Below, piece by piece: positions 12,923-23,575 of a DNA stretch of 64,000 bases. Each line of letters opens with the position of its first letter. The stretch's first letter is position 1. The DNA is taken from positions 443,178 to 507,177 of the forward strand of contig NW_003314292.1 of NCBI RefSeq assembly GCF_000143415.4, read 5' to 3'. The notes beneath the pieces are model-generated. The model searched no databases, was not told where the DNA came from, and saw only the letters and a program-made list of their open reading frames with translations. Origin of the DNA: Selaginella moellendorffii. Its lineage: Eukaryota; Plantae; Lycopodiophyta. Position numbers and translations under genes: made by a program.

Positions 12923-14097
12923 CTAGCATTCCATGAGGAGAGAGTTCACGCTATACACGAGCACGTCATTGTGGTCCGTGGAATCAAAGGCTAGAGTGCC
13001 GCGTGCCAGGCGAGAGTGGCGATTCTGGCACTGGAAAGGCAGCGTGAAGAGTTCCACCCAAGCCGCGCAATTCTCCATGCTACCGCGAAGCGGATGCCGG
13101 AACTGGATCTTAAACTTGCCGTGCTTGTCCGTGGTGGTGACGAAGCTGGAGTGCGAGCAATCCACAGCCACCGTGACCCCTGCGCATGATCTCGGAGAGT
13201 TAGATCACTGAAGAACACCAAAGATCTTTGATCCTTGGAAACATCTTGGAGCGAAGGAATTCTCCATGCATACGTGAAATGATTAGGGAAGGGGAATTAG
13301 TTACCGGAGAGTGGCCTGCTTTTGCCATCATCGCCACACTTCTTGCATAGAACTTGGCCGCGAATCAAGATCTTGCTTGGCTGGCGGCAGTGATGGCCGT
13401 GGCCATGCTTGTGGCGATCACCACTGCTTGTAACAGGAACTTCTTCCTCGGGATCAGGAGTTCCAGCCGGAGAAGGGGCGAATTTACGCGATGGGAGAGA
13501 AAAAGCTGGAGGAGGAGAAAGAGGAGGAGCGAAAGTGGAAGATGATGGAAGAGGAGGAGGAACTCCTTTTGCGGCGGTGGTGGAAAGTTCTTCCTTGGGC
13601 TGGGTCGATGATCCAGGAGCTGGAGCGCTAGCTTTCGCGGGAAACGATGAAGATCCCTCTGGAGCTCGCGCTGGGGCGAGTAAGCTCACATCCTCCTGCC
13701 CGGGCGACAGCGCCACTGCTGCGTCGGAGCTCGATGGAGTCGTGGGCGATGACGATCTTGGCTTGGGCGGAATGGGATTCGGCTTTGGATCGCCGGGACT
13801 GGGCTTTGGATCGCCAGGGCGAGGAACCAAAAGAGGATGTGGGATACCGGGAGGACTGAGAACTGTGCCTCCAGGAGCTGTGCTTCCGGATTGCGCGGGA
13901 ACGGTGCTTCCGGATTGTCCGGGAGCTGTGCTTCCGGATCCTGGCGACTGATCGCTGCCGGCAGAGGAGGAGAACGATGGCGATGGAGCTGAGGCAGCGA
14001 GTTCTTCCGCGGTTAGAGGAATCGTGGTGTTGCATTGAATCACTGCTTCCGACACGACGATCAGCGAGAGCAAGAAAAAAAACTCTAGATTTCTCAT
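12923..14097 (-). CDS. Pro/Ser-rich AGP-like protein with His patch and C-terminal Ole e 1/PAC domain (2 exons, intron ~13180-13304)
   Basis: Signal MRNLEFFFLLSLIVVSEA; AP/SP repeats; HKHGHGHH; IRGQVLCKKC...PLSG|VTVAVDC...TTDKHGKFKI. Confidence 0.8.
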
Positions 14098-14598
14098 TCT
14101 TTGCTCTTTTTTTTCTTTGTTCCTCCTTCCTCGCTCAAGATTTGGCAGTGTTTTTAATTCGCCACGAATCGATAGCCGTGCAAGCATCGCTCTCGCGCTG
14201 CCACCATCTTTGCATTGCCATAGCTCGGCATTTTTTTCTTCCTTCTTTGTCCTTTTCTTATTGGGTGTAAGAGCGCATTAGGGCTTTTTCTAGGGTTTTG
14301 GGACGCGAGCGAGGCGCCAGGTACGTCGCCTACGATTCTCTGCTCGATCCTCGCCGGATCTTGCATTCTAGATCAGGAAGTTTTTGTGTGATTTTCTTGC
14401 AGAATCCTTGCTCCAAATTCGTGTTTCTTCGCAAATTCTTTCTCTTGAGTATTTTTCTAGAGATTCTAGTAGTAGTTCTTCTCATTCGCATTCTTCCTTC
14501 CAGAATTTTTCTTGCTTTCGTTCGTGTTCTCGAGCATTTATTCTTTCTTGTGCTTATTTTTGTTTCTACGTAGAAGAGTATCGAGTCGTACTGAAGAA

Positions 14599-15941
14599 TC
14601 AAGGAATGGAGGACGGTGGTCGGACAACCGAGACTGAGCCTTCGGGAGGAACCAGGAGAATGTCCTTTGGTGGAGTGGAATCGGACGCTGGCGAAAGCGC
14701 TGCCTCGGATGATTTTGGAGGAAGAACAGCCGATGGAAGTGGTGGAGAAAGGAGAAGCTGTTCTGGAAGAGGTGGCGAAGCTGGAGTTTCAGCACTCTCC
14801 ACGGGAGGAGGCGACAGCGTTGGAGTTCCAACGCTTTCTTCCGGCTGAGGTGGTGGCGCAGTGACCTGCCGGATGAAAGTCGAGGAAATCGGAGCTTTAG
14901 CACCGGGTGGCGGCCAAACGTTCTGCTTGGGAGGAGGTGCCTCAACACTGGGCTTCTCAGGTGGCGGCGAAAGAACTTGTCCGTGCGGCGGTGGAAGAGC
15001 AGTCGCGGTTGGCGCTGCACCCACAACATCGTGTCAGCTCGAAAGAGGTGAAAGAAGTCATACCTGGGGGTAACTGTCGAGGTTGGAAGCTGGGTGGAGA
15101 TGGAGCTGGCGCTTGGAATGAAGGTGCCGGTACTTTGCTAGGCGGTGGTGCTAGGTGCTGCTGAGGCCTGTGGCCATGACCGCGGCCGTGTCCGTGTCTG
15201 TGACCAGGAGGAGCCGGATGCTGGTCGTGGCTTCCAGGAGAGCTACTCCTCGGGGAATGGTGGTGAGAACCTTTGGAGGGAGGATAGAAGCCTTTGCTGG
15301 GGTGATGAAAACGGTAGCGGTGGTCGTGGCGCTGGTGGTGGTGCTGGTGCTGGTGGTGATGATGAGGAGGAGGAGGAGGAGATTGAGGAGCATGGTGATG
15401 CGGAGGCGGTGGATGGTGGTACCAGTGGTGGTGCCCGTGGTGGTGGTGAGAATGAGCAGGGTGGTGGTGAGAGCTCTTGCTCGAATGGGTGACGCAAGCG
15501 GGAGGGCCGAAGACGAACCTTTTGACAACGAAAGTCGTCCCGCTGATGGCACTGATTTCGACGTCCCGGTGGAGACTAGTTTTCGCTCGGCTACAAGAGT
15601 ATGGGAGGGTGGAAGTCAGCACGGACACCCTGCATTTCATCTTCTTCCTCGCGTAGACGTCGAAAACATACCGCCCTCGGTAGTGGGAGTTCTGGTAATA
15701 GGTGTCTCCATCGCACGAGAGCCTCAAGGTTACATCTGGTATGGGGATACAAAATCAGCGAAGAGTTTTCCAGAGCTCGGGAAAAGTTTCAAGTACCTGA
15801 GAGCGGAGTCGGCTCCTCGGAGGAAGAGCAGGTCTTGCACTCGACGCTGCCCCTGACGTAGACGAGCTCTTCTCGACTCAGCGCTACCGACGCAGCTTGC
15901 AAGAGGCAGAGAAATGCGACGACGAGGCGAATGCTGGCCAT
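14599..15941 (-). CDS. Ole e 1/PAC-domain protein with His-rich and Pro-rich (SPPP) C-terminal region (3 exons)
   Basis: Signal MASIRLVVAFLCLLQAA; VRGSVECKTC|VTLRLSC...KCRVSVL...LPYSC; long poly-His region followed by SPPP repeats; splice sites ccag|gtatg and gtgcag|cgcc. Confidence 0.8.
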
Positions 15942-16228
15942 TGTCAACGCTCCCGGTTTTTTTTCTCTCGAGGTATGTTTCTTATAGCGGCAGCTATTTC
16001 AATCTAATAGTATTTGCGTGCTTGGCATTGTCCTGACGCCATAACTTTCGCATGCAGGTGAAAGGACGCGTTAGGTTCCCCCCAACTACAACAAACTGTT
16101 TTCACGGTCCCGGGAACCGGAAGAGTTCCGTTGGATATCGACGGTTCACGTCGAAAAGTGCGATACACGTCAGCCGCTCTAGGGTATGCGTTGCGGCTCT
16201 TTGCTCGTTCGTGGTTGGCACGGGGGCC

Positions 16229-17278
16229 ATGGGAAATGGTCCGAGCACGTCCGGAAACAGTCAGGTGCAAAGGCGTCGGAGCCCGGAGTTTCGTTTCCCA
16301 TTCTTCTACCAGCAGGGATACAGAAGTGGACAGTACTTGATGAGGCTGTCCGAGCATGGACTGGGTGTTGTTATGGTGCCTCCGCAAGTTCATCAAAAGG
16401 CCATCACTATCCGAAACGATGTGAACTTGAAGAGGGGAACTCTGCGGCTGGAGGAGGATAAAGAAAACGCGGGGAAGCACTTGGTGTCGTTTTTATTCGA
16501 TGCAGCCGTTCCTGGGAGGTAAGCACTGCGTTTCTTTCTCACCTCCAGCAACATTTGTTATGTGCAGCGCTTCGATCCTGTTTCTCGCTGGCGCCGGCCC
16601 GAACTTTAGCCTTGTTCCTCTGAAGCCGCATTTGTTTCGGCCTCAGCGTGTCACCTTTGACAAGGGACTGGGACAGAGGTTTTGTCAGCTTCCAGGATCA
16701 GGTGTCAATCTCTCTCTCTTTGAGGCTGACGACTTATCCAAGGACGGGAAAGATGAAGTTTTCTCTTTGGTTGTCAGACTGGAGTCGATGCCAAAGGAGC
16801 AGTCGAGCGATGCCTCGTTACCAGTCGGTGGCCCTCTGCCGCGGAGTATACACGCACAGACAACGTACGTTCTTTTGGAACGGAAGGCTAGCGGTCAATA
16901 TGGAGTTCGAGTGTTGAAGCAGATCATCTGGGTTGAAGGAACACGCTACGAGCTTCAGGAGATATATGGTGTTGGAAACACCGGTGACGGACATCCTGAC
17001 AAACACGCAGGCAGGGAATGCGTCATTTGTCTCACAAACCGTCGAGACACAGCGTTGCTACCTTGCAGGCACATGGTAAATCTTTGCTTTGAGTTTCTTT
17101 CTTCTTTTTCTTCTTTGTCTAACTCTGTTGGGTGGTGCAGTGTATGTGTTCCGAATGCGCCAGGATTTTGCGATTCCAAACGCAGCGGTGCCCGATTTGC
17201 CGTTGTGTAGTTGACAAGCTCTTGGAAATAAAAGCTCCAAGAGCCGAGGACGATGACTTGGAGAATAGACTCGACTAG
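16229..17278 (+). CDS. LOG2: LOG2/LUL (MGRN1-like) RING-HC E3 ubiquitin ligase (3 exons)
   Basis: Myristoylation-type start MGN; DAR2 motifs [13 protein letters not shown] and [20 protein letters not shown]; RING CVICLT..RDT.LLPCRHM|CMCSECA..LR.QT.RCPICR. Confidence 0.93.
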
Positions 17279-17374
17279 CTCGGTGAGCTCTTCAAATTTC
17301 TTTGGAACAGACATGAGTATAAGGATTCTTCTTTATCTTTCAGGATTTTCTACGAGAGCTTTTCTGTGCTCTAC

Positions 17375-18424
17375 TCAGGCATGGGCTCGTGTATCGTCCG
17401 TGCTGCAAATGTTGCCGCGTCCTGGAGGAGGAGGTAGTGCCCGCCTTACAGGTGGCGGCGGTGTTCCGGCTACAGGCGGTGGAGGAGCTTGGAGAACTGG
17501 ACTTGGTGTCGATGGCGAAGGGGCCAGGGAAGGCAAACGCGTCACCAGATGTCCATCTTCAGAACCAGGAAATTCAACCAATGCTGGAGAGCGTGGAGCT
17601 TCTACAGGATGAGTAACAGCTTCTAGAGTCCGTGGAGAATGGAAGTATTCGGGAAAATGGAAGTCATGAGGTGACGGGGAATGAGGAAGTTCCATGGGTG
17701 CTGGAGAATGGGGAGCTTGGACGGGTGGTGGAGGATCCGGAAGAGCTTGTGGTGGCGGTGGAAGCGGTGGTCGAATTATGAGCCGCTTGGCTGGTGGCGG
17801 CGGTGAGTGCACTGGTGGTGGTGGTGGTGGTAAATTTTTGCGGTGGGGTGGTGGATTGTAAGGAAGGTGACGGTGTTTATGACGACGGTGATGGTGATGG
17901 TGTCGATGATGGTGAACAGGGGGACGGTCGATGTCACAGGAACTGGGATAGAAGGCGAACCGGAGTGTTGACGGGTGTCTGATGTTGAGGGTCTTCACGG
18001 AGGGATAGCGGGGAAGAACTTTCGAGCACGATTTTGGCAAGGAGGACTTGTCGACTCGGAGCTTGCACTTTGCGACGCTCGGCTGACGGAGGCTGAAGTG
18101 GTAAGATCCATTTGTATCGGTTTTTGCATTGATCTCAAAGTCGTCACCGCAGGATAAAACGAGGCGAACACCTGCCCGGGAGAAGTCAGGAGTGTTCTTA
18201 CAAAGCTGGAAAGCGAAAGCGTACGTACCTGCGATGCCTTTGATCGATCGGAAGCAGTCGAAGCAGAGGACGCTTGCGGCGAAGCTCGTGGTGGAGTGAT
18301 GCTGCTCGTGGTGGTGGTGGTGGTGGTGAAGAGCTCGAGAATCTCTCCATAGCTCCGAGGCTTGCGAGCTCGCTAGAGCGAAGAAGAGAGTGCGCAGCAG
18401 CCAAGAGGCGAGAGGTAGCCTCAT
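17375..18424 (-). CDS. Ole e 1/PAC-domain protein with His tracts and Pro-rich tail
   Basis: Signal MRLPLASWLLRTLFFALASSQA; HHHHHHH; SVLCFDC...GIAG|VRLVLSC...TDTNGSY...CKL...LPKSC; poly-Pro tail. Confidence 0.82.
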   Translation of the reverse strand: MRLPLASWLLRTLFFALASSQASELWRDSRALHHHHHHHEQHHSTTSFAASVLCFDCFRSIKGIAGTYAFAFQLCKNTPDFSRAGVRLVLSCGDDFEINAKTDTNGSYHFSLRQPSVAKCKLRVDKSSLPKSCSKVLPRYPSVKTLNIRHPSTLRFAFYPSSCDIDRPPVHHHRHHHHHRRHKHRHLPYNPPPHRKNLPPPPPPVHSPPPPAKRLIIRPPLPPPPQALPDPPPPVQAPHSPAPMELPHSPSPHDFHFPEYFHSPRTLEAVTHPVEAPRSPALVEFPGSEDGHLVTRLPSLAPSPSTPSPVLQAPPPPVAGTPPPPVRRALPPPPGRGNICSTDDTRAHA

Positions 18425-18705
18425 GGTTAAAGTCGGAATCACTTGGACACACATCTAAGGTATGCTCTCATCCTTTATACTTCGTGACTCAAGGTTTCTA
18501 ACGTTTTTGTTTATTCGTTTGTGCGTAGAGCGCAATAGCGCGTGCTGTCCTCGCGATGAATCCATTCTCTTGGCATGCAAAGGTTGGTAACAAGAGAAAT
18601 CTCTCCCTCTCTTCTAATAGTTTCTTCCAGGATTGTAGACTAGATTTGGAACGTCAAAAGAGTTACAGTGGAAGGTTATCTAGACCGAGAAGGAAACTAG
18701 TTAGA

Positions 18706-19518
18706 TTAGCAGGGTGGTGGTGGTGATGGTGGCGGCGGCGGCGGTGATGGTGGTGGTACGATGGTTCTCGGTGGAAGTGGGTGAAGTGGTGGTAGCGGTA
18801 GCGGTAGTGGTGGTGGCGGTGATGGAGGTGGTGGTGGTGATGGTGGTGGCGGAGATGGTGGTGGTGGTGGTGGTGGCGGAGATGGTGGTGGGGGAGATGG
18901 TGGTGGTGGTGGTGATGGGACGGGTGGCGGCGGTGATAACGATGAAGATGGTGGTGGAACAAAGCGAGGAGGTTGTGGTTTTGGCAAGTGTGGATGACCA
19001 TGGTTGCAGTGGGACTCGAAGTTAAAGCTGCTGCAGCGATAGAAATCGAAGCCTTGACGGAGCCCCGAGACGTCGATCTCCTCCACGGCGGACTCCGGGC
19101 GGCAGGACTCTGGCAGGGAGTCGCTGTCTACTCCAAGCTTGCATTTCTTGGATCTCCTCCGGTTGAAAGTAACGTCGATCCAGAAATTTCCAAAGAAGCT
19201 GGTCACGCTCTCGGCCGAGGCGGAGCCGCACGAGACTGTCACGCGGATGCCTTCATCAAACATTTCTCTCACAGTTAGAATGGAAACAGCACGAAAGAAG
19301 TGGAAGAAACAGGTACCTGGAACTCCCTGTGCAGCCAACGAGAAGCAACGCTTGCAACTCACTCGTCCCGACAGCCTCAAGAACTGCAAGTCTGGATCTC
19401 GGCGAACAGGAACCGGCCATGGATTGCGTCCCGGGAGACGATGGTGCCAAGGAAAATGCCACTGAGATGAAACTGCTGGCAAAAAAACTAGAGCGACCAG
19501 CAGATTAGCAACACTCAT
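18706..19518 (-). CDS. Ole e 1/PAC-domain extensin chimera (SPPPP repeats)
   Basis: Signal MSVANLLVALVFLPAVSS; LSGRVSCKRC...GVPG|IRVTVSC...G.F...CKL...LPESC; many SPPPP(P) motifs. Confidence 0.85.
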   Translation of the reverse strand: MSVANLLVALVFLPAVSSQWHFPWHHRLPGRNPWPVPVRRDPDLQFLRLSGRVSCKRCFSLAAQGVPGTCFFHFFRAVSILTVREMFDEGIRVTVSCGSASAESVTSFFGNFWIDVTFNRRRSKKCKLGVDSDSLPESCRPESAVEEIDVSGLRQGFDFYRCSSFNFESHCNHGHPHLPKPQPPRFVPPPSSSLSPPPPVPSPPPPPSPPPPSPPPPPPPPSPPPPSPPPPPSPPPPLPLPLPPLHPLPPRTIVPPPSPPPPPPSPPPPC

Positions 19519-19759
19519 CGCTGAGTCACGGTAAAACTCCACCGAGAGAGGTATGTGCTTATATAAAAAAACAAAGGCCTTAACGTTCGCGCTCATACGT
19601 ACCATCATCTTTGCATGCTGCTCTCTTCTTGTTTTCCGGTTGAGCTTAGTAGCGGAAGGAAAGCAGACAAAGAAGGAAATGGCTGCTCTTATTACCAGAA
19701 AAAAGTTTTTAAAAGTGTACCTTGCAACGGCCTCAGCGTGGTGGTACGTCGCATCCCAT

Positions 19760-20678
19760 CTACATTACGCTACAGTTTGCATTCTCGCCTCCTTGTTCTC
19801 CAGGGAGAATAGGCAGCCTGGACGAAGAAAGTTCATCAAAAGAGCAAACGAAGAAGAGAAAAGAAAACTTTAGCTCTCGCTATATACTTACTGTGGCAAT
19901 CCATCTTCGCCGAGTTGCAACCCAGGAGCAAGCTCCGCGACAATCTCAGCTGGCGGCTGTCCGCAGCCCTGCATGCTCTGCATAAGCTCCGTGATCTTGT
20001 CGAAATCGCCTGGAGTGGTGTCGTAGACTCGGCAAAGTTCCAGGATAAGTTGGTGCTGCTTGGAAAATCGGTCGCGATCTTCCTTGCTGAGCTTGGATTT
20101 GTTGGCTTCCAGCCAAGAAGGATATCTCTCGCCAATCTCCTTCATTGGCTCGTGGAGGATTTCCTTGGAAAGGATTTGCTGCATAAAATTCCCCACCAAG
20201 GATTCCAAGTCCTGGACGACAAAAAAAAAACATTCCTTTAGCTCAAGAACAAAGAAGGAAATGAGAGATACCTGTCTTCCTAGCAGACTTTCCAAAAGGC
20301 CTTCGTCCGGCTGTGAATCGATGCTATTGACCGTGTTCCTCGTCGTCTCAGCGAGTTTCTCTAGCGTTGCGGCCAATGGATCGGCCGGTGGTGCCGCCTT
20401 CGCCATGGATTTCTTCTTGGATTGTTGCAATGACGGCAATCCCTTCCCCAGACCCGCTGGATTCTCCGGAGTGACCGGCGCCTCTTCACTCTGCCTGAAA
20501 TATCCAGATTCAATCGGAACTGGCTCTCCTTCTCACCTTGTCATTGAGCTCGCTGCCAAATCCCTCGTTAGATCGTCCAAAGCACCTAGAATCACGATCG
20601 CGATCAGAGAACCAAGGAATTCCATCTGCAACACTCACTATCGAGGAGGCTGTCGAGCGATTCATCCGTGCCCGCCAT
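19760..20678 (-). CDS. PEX19: Peroxisomal biogenesis factor 19, multi-exon
   Basis: N-terminus MAGTDESLDSLLD..ALDD; MQQILSKEILHEPMKEIGERYP.WL; MQ.CGQPP..IV.ELAPG; C-terminal CaaX box CSVM before the stop at 19760. Confidence 0.95.
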
Positions 20679-20999
20679 GAAAAACCCTACCGCCGTTGGC
20701 CAGGCTCGAACACGCGACTTAGTTTGAATTGCCTCGAATTTGAATTTTGGCGCCAAACTATGTTCTAGGGCTTAGGGTTCTTAGGTTTTATCCGCCGCTG
20801 CCGTGGCCGCTCCAGCGCTCGCCATTCGGCTCGATTCTCCACGCCCGATGCTTCCGCAGCCTCTTTTGCGATGGAGGACAGATCGCAACAGCGCCTGGTA
20901 AGTGATTCTCGCCATTCACTTCCTTTCGCTCCTCTCCCAGGCAACTCTCTTGCTCCATCTGGCCATCCTCCATTCTCCTCTGATTTCCATCCTCAAACC

Positions 21000-23184
21000 A
21001 TGCTAGCTCCCAAAAACTTTTCGTTTGCCATGATCGGGTTTTTACTTGTGGCTTCCACGACAGGCTTTGGCTACATGAACACGATTAGTTCTATGGAAAC
21101 AAGGGGCCTTCCATTCCACGATCCAAGTGGCTCCTTCCCGATATGTGTCTTGCAAGCCCAAGTCCTGACACCCATCTGTATCGACGACACGCATGTCACG
21201 CAGATGCCTCCTCCAGAGAAGAAGTTCTTCGCCATCTCTGGTGGAGCTCGGTTTACCTGTGGACTTGACTATGGCTCTCGCTTTCCACTGTGCTGGGGTA
21301 AGCTCCAGGTCCCAGCTCTTCTCCAAAACGTTAGCTACACGAGTTTGAGCTCCGGTGCAAATCACTGCTGCGCTATCCGGAGCAATGACAGTAGAGTGGA
21401 CTGCTGGGGAGAGGAGCTAGCGATTGCCCTTTTGGAGGACGAAAGCCTGGTATCTGTGTCTTCCGGGGTGGATTTTTCTTGCGGGGTGACTCAAGGTGGA
21501 GAAGTTCTTTGCTGGGGATACGTGCCGGATCAAGTTCCACAGCCCAAAAACGAGATTTTTACGTCGGTGTTCGTGGGAGGCTATACGATCTGCGGGGTGA
21601 CGAGCTCCACAGGGGAAACACTTTGCTGGGGACAGGACTCGTCGGCTTTCGTGGTTCCCGCTGGTTACAAGTTCTCTAGATTAGCAGGAGGATATCACCA
21701 CATGTGTGGGATACGATCGGACAATCACCAGGTGGTTTGCTGGGGTTTGAACAAGGCTCAGCAGCTCCAAGTTCCCAGGGACGCCACCTTTTCGGCCATT
21801 TCGGCTGGAGACATCTACACTTGTGGGGTCACCCGGGATGCGAATGCAAGGCTTCTTTGCTGGGGAAACAACGCCGTCCAGTACCGGGAGATCGACTTGC
21901 ATGTTAGCCAGGCGGTGTGCACGAACGAGTGTGGGAAAAACCAGTATCGGGTAAACAGGACCTCCTCTCCGCAGCAGTGCCCGTCTTTGTCTGACAAGGT
22001 GTGCTTGGAGTGCTCGGCATGCGTCGGTGTCGACTTCGAGATTTCTCCATGCGGAGCGGACTCTGATCGAAAGTGTGGCATGATAATCGGCAAAAACAAC
22101 TTACCAGCAAGCTTCAAGGGCCCAGGGAGGAGAAATCCAACGGGTTTGTTCTTCATCATGCTGCCTTTGGTCGTCACTTCGTCGCTTGGAATCACGCTCA
22201 TAGGAGTCTGGGCTTGTCAGGAGTACAGAGAGAGACTTGTTTCAAACAAGCAGCGGCTTAGGAAGTGATCTCTCTATCTTCAGTGGAACTCCGGGCAGCA
22301 ACAAACAATTACAGCGAGGAGATGATCTTGGGGAGAGGTGCTTTTGGGACGGTATACAAGGGAGTGCTCCAAAATGGCCACCAAGTTGCTGTAAAGCGAG
22401 CAAATTCTTCCAGGTAAGCTACTAGAGTTTTGAAGTTCCTTCTTGTGATGGACACCTTACCAAAAGCTTGGTTTTCTTTTTACCAGCTCGCATGAGATGT
22501 TTGACAAGGAACTGGAGCTCCTTGGGAGAGCTAACCACTCTTGCCTGGTAAACCTCATGGGTTATTGCCAGGAAGACAAGCTGCTCGTCTTCGAGTTCAT
22601 GGCCAGAGGCACACTTCTCGAGAACATCTCTAGCTGCGAATGGATAAGCCGGATGAGAATCGCGGCACAGGCTGCGCGGGGGCTCGAGTATCTCCACAGG
22701 TATGCGTCGCCAAGCATCATTCACAGGGATGTCAAGACTGCAAACATACTCCTCGACCGTGACTGGAACGCTCACGTCTCCGACTTTGGCTTGGCACTGT
22801 GTGGACCTCAAGGCAGCGCGAGGCTACTTGGATCCAGAGTATGGCCTCTCCTCCAAGATCACAGCCAAGAGCGACGTCTACAGCTTTGGAGTGGTTCTCC
22901 TGGAGCTGCTCTCCGGCCAGAAGCCGGTGGATTCGTCGAGAAAGTTTCAGAGCCTGGTGGCCTGGGTGCTCAATCTGGTGGAACGCAGGGAGTGGAGCTC
23001 GGTGCTGGTTCCGAGCTTGCCAGCGCCTTTGCAACCAGAGCCGCTCTATCGCGCGGTGAAGCTGGCTTTAGAGTGCTCCAAGTTTGCGAGCAAGCAGAGG
23101 CCATTTATGACGCTGGTCGCGAAGAGGCTCGAGGAAATCGTGGAAGCTATGGCTGGAGCTCCTCTTCTTTCCATCTCCTCCTAG
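21000..23184 (+). pseudogene. CRINKLY4-like RLK paralogue: ectodomain+TM ORF intact (21000-22268), kinase disrupted by two frameshifts
   Basis: The ORF stops at KQRLRK* while the [22 protein letters not shown] segment continues in another frame. After [10 protein letters not shown] the activation loop is deleted and GYLDPEY is again out of frame, compared with the paralogue at 23576. Confidence 0.8.
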
Positions 23185-23575
23185 ATAGTTTGCTTCTTTG
23201 CTTTTCTCTCTGGAGCAAAGGAAAATCTTGAAGCGTTGTAGGGAGAAAAAAAAAAGAGAAAGATGGTGTGTTTGTATCGCTCGATCGACTTAAGAACTAT
23301 CTTCCAGATGTGGAAAAATAGATACAAGTTCCAAAACCAAGTTCCAAAACAAAGTTCCTTGGAAGGGTTCTTAGATTTTCCCAGCACAGAGTGGAAGCGT
23401 TTGGACTCGACAATCGTCCGCTACGTCCCTCCTCGACGCAGGACAAAGAAACACACCTTGGGCGGTCTCAGCAATGCGCAACGCTTTTGTTTCCTTTCTC
23501 TTTTTTCTTTTGCTTTTTAACTCCATCTTCCATGAGCGACCAATGCGAGCGCGAGCGTTTTCTCTGTAGATTATC

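Noticed and set aside
18663-19025. Poly-His and poly-Val ORFs as separate genes
   Set aside because: They are alternative frames or the antisense of the extensin (CCA)n tail.
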